Assembly (NCBI GenBank): GCA_041579335.1
Contig: JBFGFX010000001.1
Span: 150-64,149 of the forward strand
Length of the DNA stretch: 64,000 bases
Reading direction: 5' to 3'
DNA from: Woeseiaceae bacterium
GTDB taxonomy: Bacteria; Pseudomonadota; Gammaproteobacteria; Steroidobacterales; Woeseiaceae
Made by a program: the position numbers and the translations under genes. Every line of letters starts with the position of its first letter. Positions within the stretch are counted from its first letter, which is position 1. The notes beneath the pieces are model-generated. The model was given only the letters and a program-made list of their open reading frames with translations. It ran no database searches and had not been told where the DNA came from. This document shows positions 53,022 through 62,093 of the stretch, in pieces.

Positions 53022-54701
53022 TCAAAAGCTCCGCTTCGATTCGACGACGAGCTGTACGCTGTCGATGCTCGCATCGCCGTCCAAGGGAAATGCCAGGTCG
53101 ATGTGGTAGACGTCGCCGCTGCTCGAACGGGTCGGGGCGAGTCGCAGACCGAAGCCGACGTCGGTCAGCCAACCGAGCGGCGGCCCGCCGGCCGGGTTGT
53201 CTCCCCAGGTGCGTCCGGCATCTGCGAACGCGGCGAAGCCGACGCGGACGAGTCGGAACGGGTACCAGTCGGTGTAGTACCGCTGCTCGATCGAAACGAG
53301 CAAACGTGAATCGCCGGTCTGGTAGCGTAGCGGGTATCCACGAAGGCCGCTGTTGCCGCCGAGCACCTGCAGGTTGTCGAGGTCGAGCTCTCGTCCCCAG
53401 GCGCCGTCCAGGGCCATGAAGAACAGGCGTTTCTTCGACTGTTGGTGGTAATAGCGCGCGTTGACATTCACGAGCGTGTTCACCGCATCGCCGTCGTCGG
53501 TGCGGCCGCTCACTCCGGTCGAGAATAGCAGCGCTCGTTTCTTGATCGAGCCGAAGCCGCGGCTCACACTCGCAGAGTAAAGCAGCGAGTCGCGGTCCGA
53601 ATCGAAGCTCTCGCTCGCGACACCGATGCTTGCCGCCAAGCGCGTGCCGAGCAGGAAGTCTTCGGTCCGTTCGATCTGGTCGCGGTTTGCCGACGTATGG
53701 AAATCGTCCTGCAGGAGCTCGAAGCCGAGGAAGGGATAGATGAGCCTGCGGTCCTCGGGCAGCAGCGCGGGCAGCGTCGGCTCGCGCACCTCGGAGAAGC
53801 GCCTGTCGTCGTACACGGCACCCAGCGACCAGCGCCGGACCCAGCCGTTTCTCAGCCCGGACGACCAGCCGTGGAACAACGAATAGTGCTCGCGCCGGCC
53901 CCGATACTCGGCCGCCTCCTCGCCCAGCTCGTAGAAGCGCGTCTCGGCGTCGCTGTTGAAGAGCGCCACGCCGGCGGCCCTGCGCGTATCGAGCGAGTAG
54001 AACGGCTTAAGCAGTCGAAACCGTTGCGTCTCCCCGTCCGAGCTGTCGATCAGCTGCAGCAAGAGCTGAGAGCGGCTCCTCAATAGATTGTTGTCGCTGA
54101 ACTCGAACAGCGTCGAATCGCGATCGACATTCTCTTCATAGGCGACTCTGATCGTCGCACCGGTTCCGAGCAGATTTTGCTCGGAAAGGCCGACCCGCCA
54201 TTTGTTTTCGCCGCCGGTGCGCGAGAAAGAGATGTCCGGGATTAGCGACCACACGTCTTTGGTCCAGACAACGATATCGACGACCCCGTCCTCGTAGCCG
54301 CCCTTCGTGATTCGCGCATCGTAGAGATACGCGTTGCGGCGCAGTAGGCGCGCCGATTCGTCGAGAAGCCGCTGCGAGAACGGGTCGCCCGGGCGAAACA
54401 GCAGCTGGGAGCGGATGACGGATTCTTGTGTAATGAGGTGCCAACGATTCGCCAGCCGATAGAGCGCGTAGTTCTCCCCAGGCTGGGTCAAGTCGAACAC
54501 GTTGTCGCGTACCAGGATGATGTCGCCGATGACCGCGCCGGACGCCTCGAGCTCGGCATCGCTCGGGATGGAGGCGGCACTATCGGTGGCCGCCGACGGC
54601 TCCGTGTCGAGGCCAGCGTTGTCGGCGGCGCCACTCGGGCTTGCAAGCGCCAGCGTACACACGAACAGAGAAAGACGGCTTGGCGCGGCGCGGCGAGGCA
54701 T
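53022..54701 (-). CDS. Omp85/BamA-TamA family outer-membrane protein (surface antigen D15-like)
   Basis: Track ORF of 559 aa with a signal peptide. It has a POTRA-like N-terminal part, a beta-barrel region and a terminal ...VVESKRSF aromatic residue. Confidence 0.7.
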   Translation of the reverse strand: MPRRAAPSRLSLFVCTLALASPSGAADNAGLDTEPSAATDSAASIPSDAELEASGAVIGDIILVRDNVFDLTQPGENYALYRLANRWHLITQESVIRSQLLFRPGDPFSQRLLDESARLLRRNAYLYDARITKGGYEDGVVDIVVWTKDVWSLIPDISFSRTGGENKWRVGLSEQNLLGTGATIRVAYEENVDRDSTLFEFSDNNLLRSRSQLLLQLIDSSDGETQRFRLLKPFYSLDTRRAAGVALFNSDAETRFYELGEEAAEYRGRREHYSLFHGWSSGLRNGWVRRWSLGAVYDDRRFSEVREPTLPALLPEDRRLIYPFLGFELLQDDFHTSANRDQIERTEDFLLGTRLAASIGVASESFDSDRDSLLYSASVSRGFGSIKKRALLFSTGVSGRTDDGDAVNTLVNVNARYYHQQSKKRLFFMALDGAWGRELDLDNLQVLGGNSGLRGYPLRYQTGDSRLLVSIEQRYYTDWYPFRLVRVGFAAFADAGRTWGDNPAGGPPLGWLTDVGFGLRLAPTRSSSGDVYHIDLAFPLDGDASIDSVQLVVESKRSF

Positions 54702-54753
54702 GGCGCGAATTCTCGCCCGGCCCTGCGAGGTTGCGCAACCGACGTTCGCGGGA

Positions 54754-56310
54754 CTACCCGGGCGAGGAATCGTCCGCCGGTCCGTAGCGGCGCTTGAGCG
54801 CCTCCTTCTGCACCTTGCCCTGGGTACTCATCGGCAGACTTTCGACGAACGCAAAGTGCTTCGGGATCTTGAATGCGGCCAGACGAGGACGTAAATGGTC
54901 GAGGACGCGTTCTTTGCTCAATTCGCAGCCGGGCTTGGGCTGAATCACGGCCAACCCCACCTCGCCCCATTTTCTGTCCTCGACGCCGACTACGGCTGCC
55001 ACATCGATGTCGTCAATCTCCTCGAGCAGCATCTCGATCTCCGACGGGTAGACGTTTTCTCCGCCGGAGATGTAGACGTCTTTGAACCGATCAACGATGT
55101 AGATCGAGCCCTCGTCGTCGATCCGACCCGCGTCTCCGGTCTTGAACCAGCCGTCGAGGAATGCCTGCTCCGTTTCCTCGCGCGACTTCCAATAGCCGGG
55201 TGTCACCGCTGGACCCTTGATCATGATCTCACCCACCTCTCCCGGAGCGACGCGTCGGCCCTCGGCGTCCGCAACCTTCAATCGAGTATGCAGCATGCGG
55301 TGACCGACAGAACCGGGCTTGAGCATCGCGGTTTGCGGCGGCAGGAAGCAGACGCTGAATGCCTCGGTCAGGCCGTAGGACTGCGCAAGAAACACCCCTT
55401 TTGCCGCCCACGCCTCGAGGAGCTCGCGCGGCGCCGGCGCCGCCCCGACCCCGGCGACCTGCAGCGTCGGAAACGTTGCTTCGGCAAATGCCGGTAGCGC
55501 TGCGATCGTCGCATACTGCATCGGCACGCCGATCGTGTGCGTGATGCCGACCTCCGGGTCGGTCATGAGTGTGAGAAATCGCGCCGGATCCCATTTTTTC
55601 ATCACGTAGAGCGTTCCACCGTAATGGAAGATCGGCATCGAGAATCCGTACAGGCCGGCCGCGTGAAACATCGGCGCGCTCGTCAACGATCGGGACGCGC
55701 CATTCAGCGCACCGTGCAGCGCGGCGTGAATAATCGTGTCCCGCATCATGCGAAACGTGTGGATGACGCCTTTCGGGCGGCCGGTCGTACCCGACGTGTA
55801 CATGAGCGTGCTGAGGTCGTCGATGGTGAGCGCTACCGGCTGGACCTCCGGGCTGTTGGCGGCGATCAGCGCCTCGTACTGACAGCCGCCGCTGGCCGGG
55901 CTGCGTCTCAAGGTCGGTACGGCCAGGTCGGCCACAAGGTCGGCGAACTCCTCGTCGTAGATGACGACGGCCGGCTCGCCGTGATCGATCAGCATCGCGA
56001 TCTCTCGGGCGCTGAGTCGCCAGTTCAGTGGCATCAGGGCGGCCCCGATTTCCCAGCCGCCGAACAGGCACTCGAATACGCCCGTGCAGTTCTTGGCCAG
56101 CAGTGCCACGCGGTCGCCTTTGCCGACGCCAAAGCGATCCCTCAGTCCCGTCGCCAATCGCCTGAGCCGGTCGTTGAATTCGCGGTAGGTGAAGCGCGCG
56201 CCGGTGTCGACCTCGACGGCCGCGACTAGGTTCGCGTCGTAGCGGCCGTGATAGTCGAGCCAGTCGATCGAGAACTGGTCTTTGAGCTCGCGTTCCGCTC
56301 GATCGGACAT
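54754..56310 (-). CDS. AMP-dependent acyl-CoA synthetase/ligase (fatty-acid-CoA ligase-like)
   Basis: Track ORF of 518 aa. It has the AMP motif LMYTSGTTGRPKGV, then GWFKTGDAGRIDDEGSIYIVDRFKD and the C-terminal PMSTQGKVQK. Confidence 0.9.
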   Translation of the reverse strand: MSDRAERELKDQFSIDWLDYHGRYDANLVAAVEVDTGARFTYREFNDRLRRLATGLRDRFGVGKGDRVALLAKNCTGVFECLFGGWEIGAALMPLNWRLSAREIAMLIDHGEPAVVIYDEEFADLVADLAVPTLRRSPASGGCQYEALIAANSPEVQPVALTIDDLSTLMYTSGTTGRPKGVIHTFRMMRDTIIHAALHGALNGASRSLTSAPMFHAAGLYGFSMPIFHYGGTLYVMKKWDPARFLTLMTDPEVGITHTIGVPMQYATIAALPAFAEATFPTLQVAGVGAAPAPRELLEAWAAKGVFLAQSYGLTEAFSVCFLPPQTAMLKPGSVGHRMLHTRLKVADAEGRRVAPGEVGEIMIKGPAVTPGYWKSREETEQAFLDGWFKTGDAGRIDDEGSIYIVDRFKDVYISGGENVYPSEIEMLLEEIDDIDVAAVVGVEDRKWGEVGLAVIQPKPGCELSKERVLDHLRPRLAAFKIPKHFAFVESLPMSTQGKVQKEALKRRYGPADDSSPG

Positions 56311-56318
56311 CCGAGTGT

Positions 56319-57872
56319 CTATCCGGCTTTCTTCGTTGCCACCGCGGTTTCAGTCGTCTTCCGCTTTTCTCGGCTCGTCTTGCCGGGTGTCTTCACGGTC
56401 TTCGGTCCGTCGCTTTTTGGCGCGTGCCTCTTTCCCGACTTGCTCTTGCGGATTTTGCCGAGCGCCGCGGTTTTCAGCTCGTCAAACGCTGCATCGATGC
56501 ACGAGGCGTAGAACTCCGGATCTGGCAGCATCTCGCGGCAGGCCGTGAAGCCGATAGAGACTCTGCCATCGTAGGAGAACACCGTGTGGAATATGCCCGA
56601 TCTGTCGATGATCGGACCGCTCGCCAGGATTCGGATTAGCTGCGCACCGGCGAGGTACACGGGTCGTTGGACGCCGGCCACGTTCGTGACGATCGTGTTG
56701 AACGGTAGCGCCTCGGCGCGCAGCGCCAGCTGGGAGATGAGCGGAAACAGACTTTTCGCAATGGGCGCCGGCAGGTGCAAGGGAATCTCGGTCATCGTAC
56801 GGCTGCCGATCTTCTCCACCCAGCCCTTGGCCGATCGCGTGCCATCGCGGATCGCTTTCAAACGTTGCACCGGATCCTCGATCTCGGTGTGCAGTGGCGC
56901 CATCATCATGCTCAACAGGTTGCCGCGTCCCTCGTTTGCATCCGTCTCGCTGCCGACGTTGATAGGGCAGCCTGCGAGCAGGCTCTCGTCCGGCAGGGCG
57001 TCCTTCGCATCGAGGTAATGCCTGAGGGCGCCGCCGAGCACCGTCAGCGCGACGTCGTTGATCGTGGTGCCAGTTTGCGAAGCGCGAATCGCCTTGAAAT
57101 CCACGAGATCGAAGAATCGGCCGTCGAACACGCGGTTCGGCGAGACGCGCCCTTGGTTGAAAACCGTGAGCGGTACCGCAGTCCGTGGCGCGCTTCTGGA
57201 CGCCAGCGCGAATCGCAGCACTCCGGGGAGAGCGCGCGTCAAGCCGAGGCCGAGCTTCATGAGCTTGAGCGCCGTATTGAACGGCGCTCGCGCCAGCAGA
57301 CTCCAGTCGCTCGGGCTGCTACCGTCACCCGGTCCGGAGGACGGCTCGTAGGACGACGCGTCCGCCTGGTACGGTTTCGAATCGTGCAGCGCAGCCTGGA
57401 CCTCATGTCCCGTCACGCCGTCGATTGCAGCGTGGTGAATCTTCATGTACATCGCAAAGCAGCCCGGCTCGAGGCCTTCGACCCGATCCAGACCTTCGAT
57501 GATGTGTGCCATCCACAGCGGCTTCGAATGATCGAGCTGCCGCGCCTGCAGGCGCGCGATCTGCGCCATCAGCTGCTGCCAGTCGCCGGGGCGCGGCAAC
57601 GAGATGTGACGGACGTGGTACTCGAGATCGAAGTCGTCGTCGTGCACCCAGTACGGATGGTCGAGTGACAGCGGCACGGTCGCGAGCTTTTGCTGAAACA
57701 CGTCGCACCGGTCGATGCGCTGCTGGAAGGTCGCCAAGATCTCTTTGAAGCGTACGGCTCCTTTCGGCGCCGTCGACGGATCGTAGATCTGCAGGCAACC
57801 GACCTCTAGCGGAGCGCGATGGCTCTCGGCGTAGAGAAACATCGTATCCATACCAGACAATTGCTTAAGCAT
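56319..57872 (-). CDS. wax ester synthase/acyl-CoA:diacylglycerol acyltransferase (WS/DGAT)
   Basis: Track ORF of 517 aa. It begins MLKQLSGMDTMFLYAES and has the catalytic HHxxxDG motif as IHHAAIDGVTG. The C-terminal tail is Lys-rich. Confidence 0.9.
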   Translation of the reverse strand: MLKQLSGMDTMFLYAESHRAPLEVGCLQIYDPSTAPKGAVRFKEILATFQQRIDRCDVFQQKLATVPLSLDHPYWVHDDDFDLEYHVRHISLPRPGDWQQLMAQIARLQARQLDHSKPLWMAHIIEGLDRVEGLEPGCFAMYMKIHHAAIDGVTGHEVQAALHDSKPYQADASSYEPSSGPGDGSSPSDWSLLARAPFNTALKLMKLGLGLTRALPGVLRFALASRSAPRTAVPLTVFNQGRVSPNRVFDGRFFDLVDFKAIRASQTGTTINDVALTVLGGALRHYLDAKDALPDESLLAGCPINVGSETDANEGRGNLLSMMMAPLHTEIEDPVQRLKAIRDGTRSAKGWVEKIGSRTMTEIPLHLPAPIAKSLFPLISQLALRAEALPFNTIVTNVAGVQRPVYLAGAQLIRILASGPIIDRSGIFHTVFSYDGRVSIGFTACREMLPDPEFYASCIDAAFDELKTAALGKIRKSKSGKRHAPKSDGPKTVKTPGKTSREKRKTTETAVATKKAG

Positions 57873-58785
57873 CGTTACCTTCCTTCTGCGTCGGCCGGCC
57901 GAACAGCCATTCGAACGCGCTGGAGTTGAAAGGTTGCCAGTCGTCTTCGGGTTGCGCCAGGCGATCGGCTATGACCAGCAGTACCAAAGGATTCACCGCC
58001 ATGCCGAGATGGCTCGACGTGACCCGGATGTTCTCGACGTTGGGCGACACGAGATCCTGAGCAATGTCCGGTGAGACGATGCCGTCGGACAAGCTGTAGA
58101 TGCAGATGCAGCGCACGTTCGGCAGCGGCGTCGCCACCTCGCGCATGAAGCTCATCAGTTCGCTCGTGATTTCCTCCGATGAGGTGCGTTTGAAGATACG
58201 GAAGATCGTGGTCGCTTCCGGCGCATCCGCGATCGGGCTGCCCAGCGTGATGATCTGTCGAACGAGGTCGGGTCTCCGCTTCGCGATCTCCCGGGCGATC
58301 ACGCCGCCCTGACTCCAGCCGATCAGCGTGGCGGGTTCGCCTCGCTTGGCGACGATGCGTTCGACGTTGATCAGGAAGCGTTCCTCGTAATCGATGCGCT
58401 GGTAGCCGACCCCCAGATTCGTGCCGAGCCCCCACGGATAAGGGTCGTAGCCCCAACGCGCGAGGTAACGCCGCAGGGCGAGCATCGCGGTATCGTTGCT
58501 GCGATAGCCGGGGACCGTGATGACCGGGTGACCGTCGCCGCGCGGAGCTCGTGTGAGGATCGCATGGGCCGGAATCAGGCTGGCAAACTCCAACAGCGCC
58601 CGCGGTAGCTCCGCGAACGCATAACCCAACAGTGGGGGTTCCGAAGGCCCCCGGTCTAAGTCGTCGGCTGCCGCCATCGCCCATGTCCGGTCCTGGTTTG
58701 CCGCCGCCATTGTACCGCGCCCGTTATGCGAACGAGGGCGGGGAGAGTACTTATTGAATCCGGCAAGTCTTTGGTCCATCGTCAA
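57865..58785 (-). CDS. alpha/beta hydrolase (lipase/esterase-like); start uncertain
   Basis: Track ORF of 306 aa with the nucleophile elbow LIGWSQGG and an 8-nt overlap with the WS/DGAT start. Alternative in-frame ATGs lie at 58710 and 58680. Confidence 0.75.
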   Translation of the reverse strand: MTMDQRLAGFNKYSPRPRSHNGRGTMAAANQDRTWAMAAADDLDRGPSEPPLLGYAFAELPRALLEFASLIPAHAILTRAPRGDGHPVITVPGYRSNDTAMLALRRYLARWGYDPYPWGLGTNLGVGYQRIDYEERFLINVERIVAKRGEPATLIGWSQGGVIAREIAKRRPDLVRQIITLGSPIADAPEATTIFRIFKRTSSEEITSELMSFMREVATPLPNVRCICIYSLSDGIVSPDIAQDLVSPNVENIRVTSSHLGMAVNPLVLLVIADRLAQPEDDWQPFNSSAFEWLFGRPTQKEGNDA

Positions 58786-58805
58786 TTTCCCTGAGGCGTT
58801 GAGGC

Positions 58806-60269
58806 GTGCAGGAACGAGCTGTGGAAGCGTACGCGAGCTTCACGACGGACATTGCAGGCAGCCCGCGCGGCAAGACGACCGGCGCGTTCTTCGATTTCGA
58901 TGGCACGATCATCGCCGGCCACTCCGTCACCGAGCTGTTCTTGGAGCGGCTGAAAAGCGGTGAGATCGGCGGGCAGGAGATTTTCGATCTGGTCGCGATG
59001 GCGTCGCGCTATTTGCTCAAGCCGGCCGGCTTCGAGACTGCGTTGGCCGCGTCGATCGAGAATCTCGCCGGCACGCCGGAGCAGAAGCTCTCCGATCTCG
59101 GCGCAAAAGTGTCGCGCGAACGCCTGTCGGCCGACGTGTTCCCCGAAGTGAAGGCCATGATCGAGGCTCATCGACGGCGCGGTCACACCGTAGCGATCGT
59201 GACCTCGGCGACGCGCTATCAGGTTCAGACGCTCGCCGCGAGTCTCGGCATCACCGATATCCTGTGCACGGAGCTCGAGGTCGAGGATGGAAAGTTCACC
59301 GGCCGCTTGCAGGGCGAGGCCTGCTACGGCAAGCACAAGCTTGACGCCGTCCGGGTGTTCGCGAAGCGTAAGCGTATCAGCTTGAAGAAGAGCTTCGTGT
59401 ACAGCAACGGCGCCGAGGACGTCGCGCTCCTCGAGGCGGTCGGTCATCCAGTCGCGATCAATCCGGATCGCAAGCTGGCGGAGTGCGCTAGCCGGAAAGG
59501 GTGGCACGCGGTCGAGCTCGACAGCCGCGGGTTCGTCGGCGTCGGCGATGTCGCACGAACGCTGCTGACGTTCGGTAGCGCGCTGCCTTTTCTCGCTGCG
59601 AGTCTGCCGATTCGCGCGCTCGGGGGCTCGCAGCGGGACGCGATCAATTTTTCCATTGGCACCTGGTCGACGGTGGCCGCCCTGATCGCGCGCCTCAAGC
59701 TGATCATTGACGGTGAAGCGAATCTCTGGTCGCATCGGCCTGCTGTCTTCGTCTTCAATCACCAGAGTGCTATCGATCTCTTGATCGTCGCGAAAGTGAT
59801 GCGCGAGGACATCGTTGGAATCGCGAAAAAAGAAATCCAACGCCAGCCGCTCATGGGACCGGCGCTGACCTTCGCGGGCGCGGTGTTTATCGATCGAGAT
59901 AACGTCCGCGATCCGAAAACTGCGCTCGCACCGGCGGTCGACGCGCTGAGACACGGTCGCTCGGTCGTGATCGCGCCCGAGGGCACCCGCAGTCGTGACG
60001 GCAAGCTCGGCGAATTCAAGCGGGGCGCATTCCACATGGCGCGCCAGGCCGGCGTGCCGATCGTGCCGATCGTCATCCACAATGCGACCGATGCGCTACC
60101 CGTGAGAAGCATGGTGATCCGGCCCGCCGAGGTGAAGGTCAGCGTTCTGAAGCCGATCGCGACGGACGGCTGGATGCTGTCCGACGTAGCGCCGCAGGCG
60201 CGGAGGGTACGCGAGCTGTATCTCGAAGAGCTCGGCCAAGGCGACAAGGTCCGGGCTCGGACAAGTTGA
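58806..60269 (+). CDS. bifunctional HAD-IB family hydrolase / 1-acyl-sn-glycerol-3-phosphate acyltransferase
   Basis: Track ORF of 487 aa with a GTG start. It has the HAD motif I FFDFDGTIIAG, the acyltransferase HX4D motif VFNHQSAIDLL, and APEGTRSRDG. Confidence 0.85.
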   Translation: MQERAVEAYASFTTDIAGSPRGKTTGAFFDFDGTIIAGHSVTELFLERLKSGEIGGQEIFDLVAMASRYLLKPAGFETALAASIENLAGTPEQKLSDLGAKVSRERLSADVFPEVKAMIEAHRRRGHTVAIVTSATRYQVQTLAASLGITDILCTELEVEDGKFTGRLQGEACYGKHKLDAVRVFAKRKRISLKKSFVYSNGAEDVALLEAVGHPVAINPDRKLAECASRKGWHAVELDSRGFVGVGDVARTLLTFGSALPFLAASLPIRALGGSQRDAINFSIGTWSTVAALIARLKLIIDGEANLWSHRPAVFVFNHQSAIDLLIVAKVMREDIVGIAKKEIQRQPLMGPALTFAGAVFIDRDNVRDPKTALAPAVDALRHGRSVVIAPEGTRSRDGKLGEFKRGAFHMARQAGVPIVPIVIHNATDALPVRSMVIRPAEVKVSVLKPIATDGWMLSDVAPQARRVRELYLEELGQGDKVRARTS

Positions 60270-60278
60270 TCGACGGCA

Positions 60279-62084
60279 ATGACCACGGTCGCGTTGTCCA
60301 GGGTCGCCACGCTCGACGAGCGGGAGGTCTTGAAGGACGCTGCTTTTAAGGCGGCGCTGCGGGAGCTCGCGGACGGACAGAATCGTGACTTCCGCGAGGT
60401 AGAACGTTACGCCAAAGAGTGCCTCGACGAGCTGTCGGTGCGTCCGGCCGATCGCTATCTCGGGTGGGTCGCAGCGCTTGCGCGGTTCATGTACACCCGC
60501 AGCTTCGAACCGGAGTTCGACGTCAACTGGGAGGCTTTGCGGACACTCAAATCCATGGCCGAATCGCGACCGCTCGTGTTTCTCTGGTCGCACAAGTCCC
60601 ATTTGGATGCGTTCGTCTTCATGCGCACCCTCTACGATGCCGGCTTTCGGCCGCAGCCGCTCAGCTTTGCGGGCATCAACATGGCGTTCGCCGGCTTCGG
60701 TGCGCTCGCCAAGCATTCGGGCGCGATTTTCCTGCGCCGCACCTTCAAAGACGACGATGTCTACAAACTGGTTCTGCAGCATTTCATCGATTATCTGGTG
60801 GCGCGCCGCGTGCCCCTGTCCTGGTCGATCGAGGGTACCCGCTCGCGCACGGGTCTGCTGATGCCGCCGAAGCTCGGACTGATTCAATGGGTCGTCGATG
60901 CCTACCACCGGGCGCAGTGCGACGATGCGCTGCTGGTACCGGTCGCGATCAGCTTCGACCAGATCCCGGAGATCGATGACTTCATCGCGATGCAGCGGGG
61001 TCTGCCGAAGCGCAAGGAAACGCTTCGGTGGTTCATCGGCTACATCGCCGGCATGAAGGCGAAGTACGGCAAGATCTACGTGCGCTTCGCGGAACCGGTG
61101 TCGCTATCGGAATCCGTGCCGGTCGCGGATGCGTTGGTGCGAGGCGACACACCGGACCGTGCGCAGGTACACAAGCTCGCTTTCGAGGTATGCAACCGAA
61201 TCGAGCATATCAAACCCATTACTCCGATCGACCTCATCACTTTGGTGCTGATGGCGGCCAACGATCGCGCTCTGGACGAAGGCCAGATTCGGGACCACGC
61301 GGTCGAGATCATCGATCTGATCCAACGGTGGGCATTGCCAACAGCCGCCAATCTGGACCCGGACGGCCAGCGATCATTGTCATCGACGCTCCAGACGCTG
61401 ACGGAGACCGAGCTCCTGGAAGCGCACGAGATGGATGCGGCGCCCGTGTACAGAATCATGAGTGGCAAACAGCTCGCCGCGGCTTATTATCGCAATACGA
61501 TCGTGCATTATTTCTTGAGCAGCGCGATCGCGGAGGTGGCGCTCGCAATGACGTCCGAAGGACGCGGCAAGGAAGGCGTCCTGGACACGGCGATGGCGCT
61601 CAGGGATCTGCTGAAGTTCGAGTTTTTTTTCAAGACCAAGGCTGCGTTCAGGAGCGACGTCGCCGCCTACCTCGACTATCGTTACCCGAGTTGGTGCGCC
61701 GGTAAATCCGATCTGTCGACCGAGAAGCCGCCGCTCTTTGGCCATGGCATCCTGAGGTCTTTCGTCGAAGCCTACGGTATCCTGGCGGAGTTACTCGTCC
61801 GCCGCGGGGAGCAGATCATCGCCGAATCGGAACAAGAGGCGCTGATCGGCGGTTGCCTGCGGCACGGCGAGGAAATGCTGCTGCGTAAGGAGATCAGCAC
61901 GGAGGCGGCGCTCTCGCAGCCCATGTTTGCGCACGCGATTCGACTCGCCAACCACCGGGGCCTCTTGCGCGGCGACGGCGGTCGCCAAGAACGGCGTCGC
62001 GCATTCGCCGACGAAATCGCGGGTGTCCTGAACGGGATCGCTCTCCTGCAGACTATGTACGACCGGCACCTGGGGGGTACGTAA
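60279..62084 (+). CDS. PlsB-like glycerol-3-phosphate acyltransferase
   Basis: Track ORF of 601 aa. It has the HX4D motif LWSHKSHLDAF, then FLRRTF and IEGTRSRTG, blocks typical of GPAT. Confidence 0.85.
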   Translation: MTTVALSRVATLDEREVLKDAAFKAALRELADGQNRDFREVERYAKECLDELSVRPADRYLGWVAALARFMYTRSFEPEFDVNWEALRTLKSMAESRPLVFLWSHKSHLDAFVFMRTLYDAGFRPQPLSFAGINMAFAGFGALAKHSGAIFLRRTFKDDDVYKLVLQHFIDYLVARRVPLSWSIEGTRSRTGLLMPPKLGLIQWVVDAYHRAQCDDALLVPVAISFDQIPEIDDFIAMQRGLPKRKETLRWFIGYIAGMKAKYGKIYVRFAEPVSLSESVPVADALVRGDTPDRAQVHKLAFEVCNRIEHIKPITPIDLITLVLMAANDRALDEGQIRDHAVEIIDLIQRWALPTAANLDPDGQRSLSSTLQTLTETELLEAHEMDAAPVYRIMSGKQLAAAYYRNTIVHYFLSSAIAEVALAMTSEGRGKEGVLDTAMALRDLLKFEFFFKTKAAFRSDVAAYLDYRYPSWCAGKSDLSTEKPPLFGHGILRSFVEAYGILAELLVRRGEQIIAESEQEALIGGCLRHGEEMLLRKEISTEAALSQPMFAHAIRLANHRGLLRGDGGRQERRRAFADEIAGVLNGIALLQTMYDRHLGGT

Positions 62085-62093
62085 TCGGGGCGG

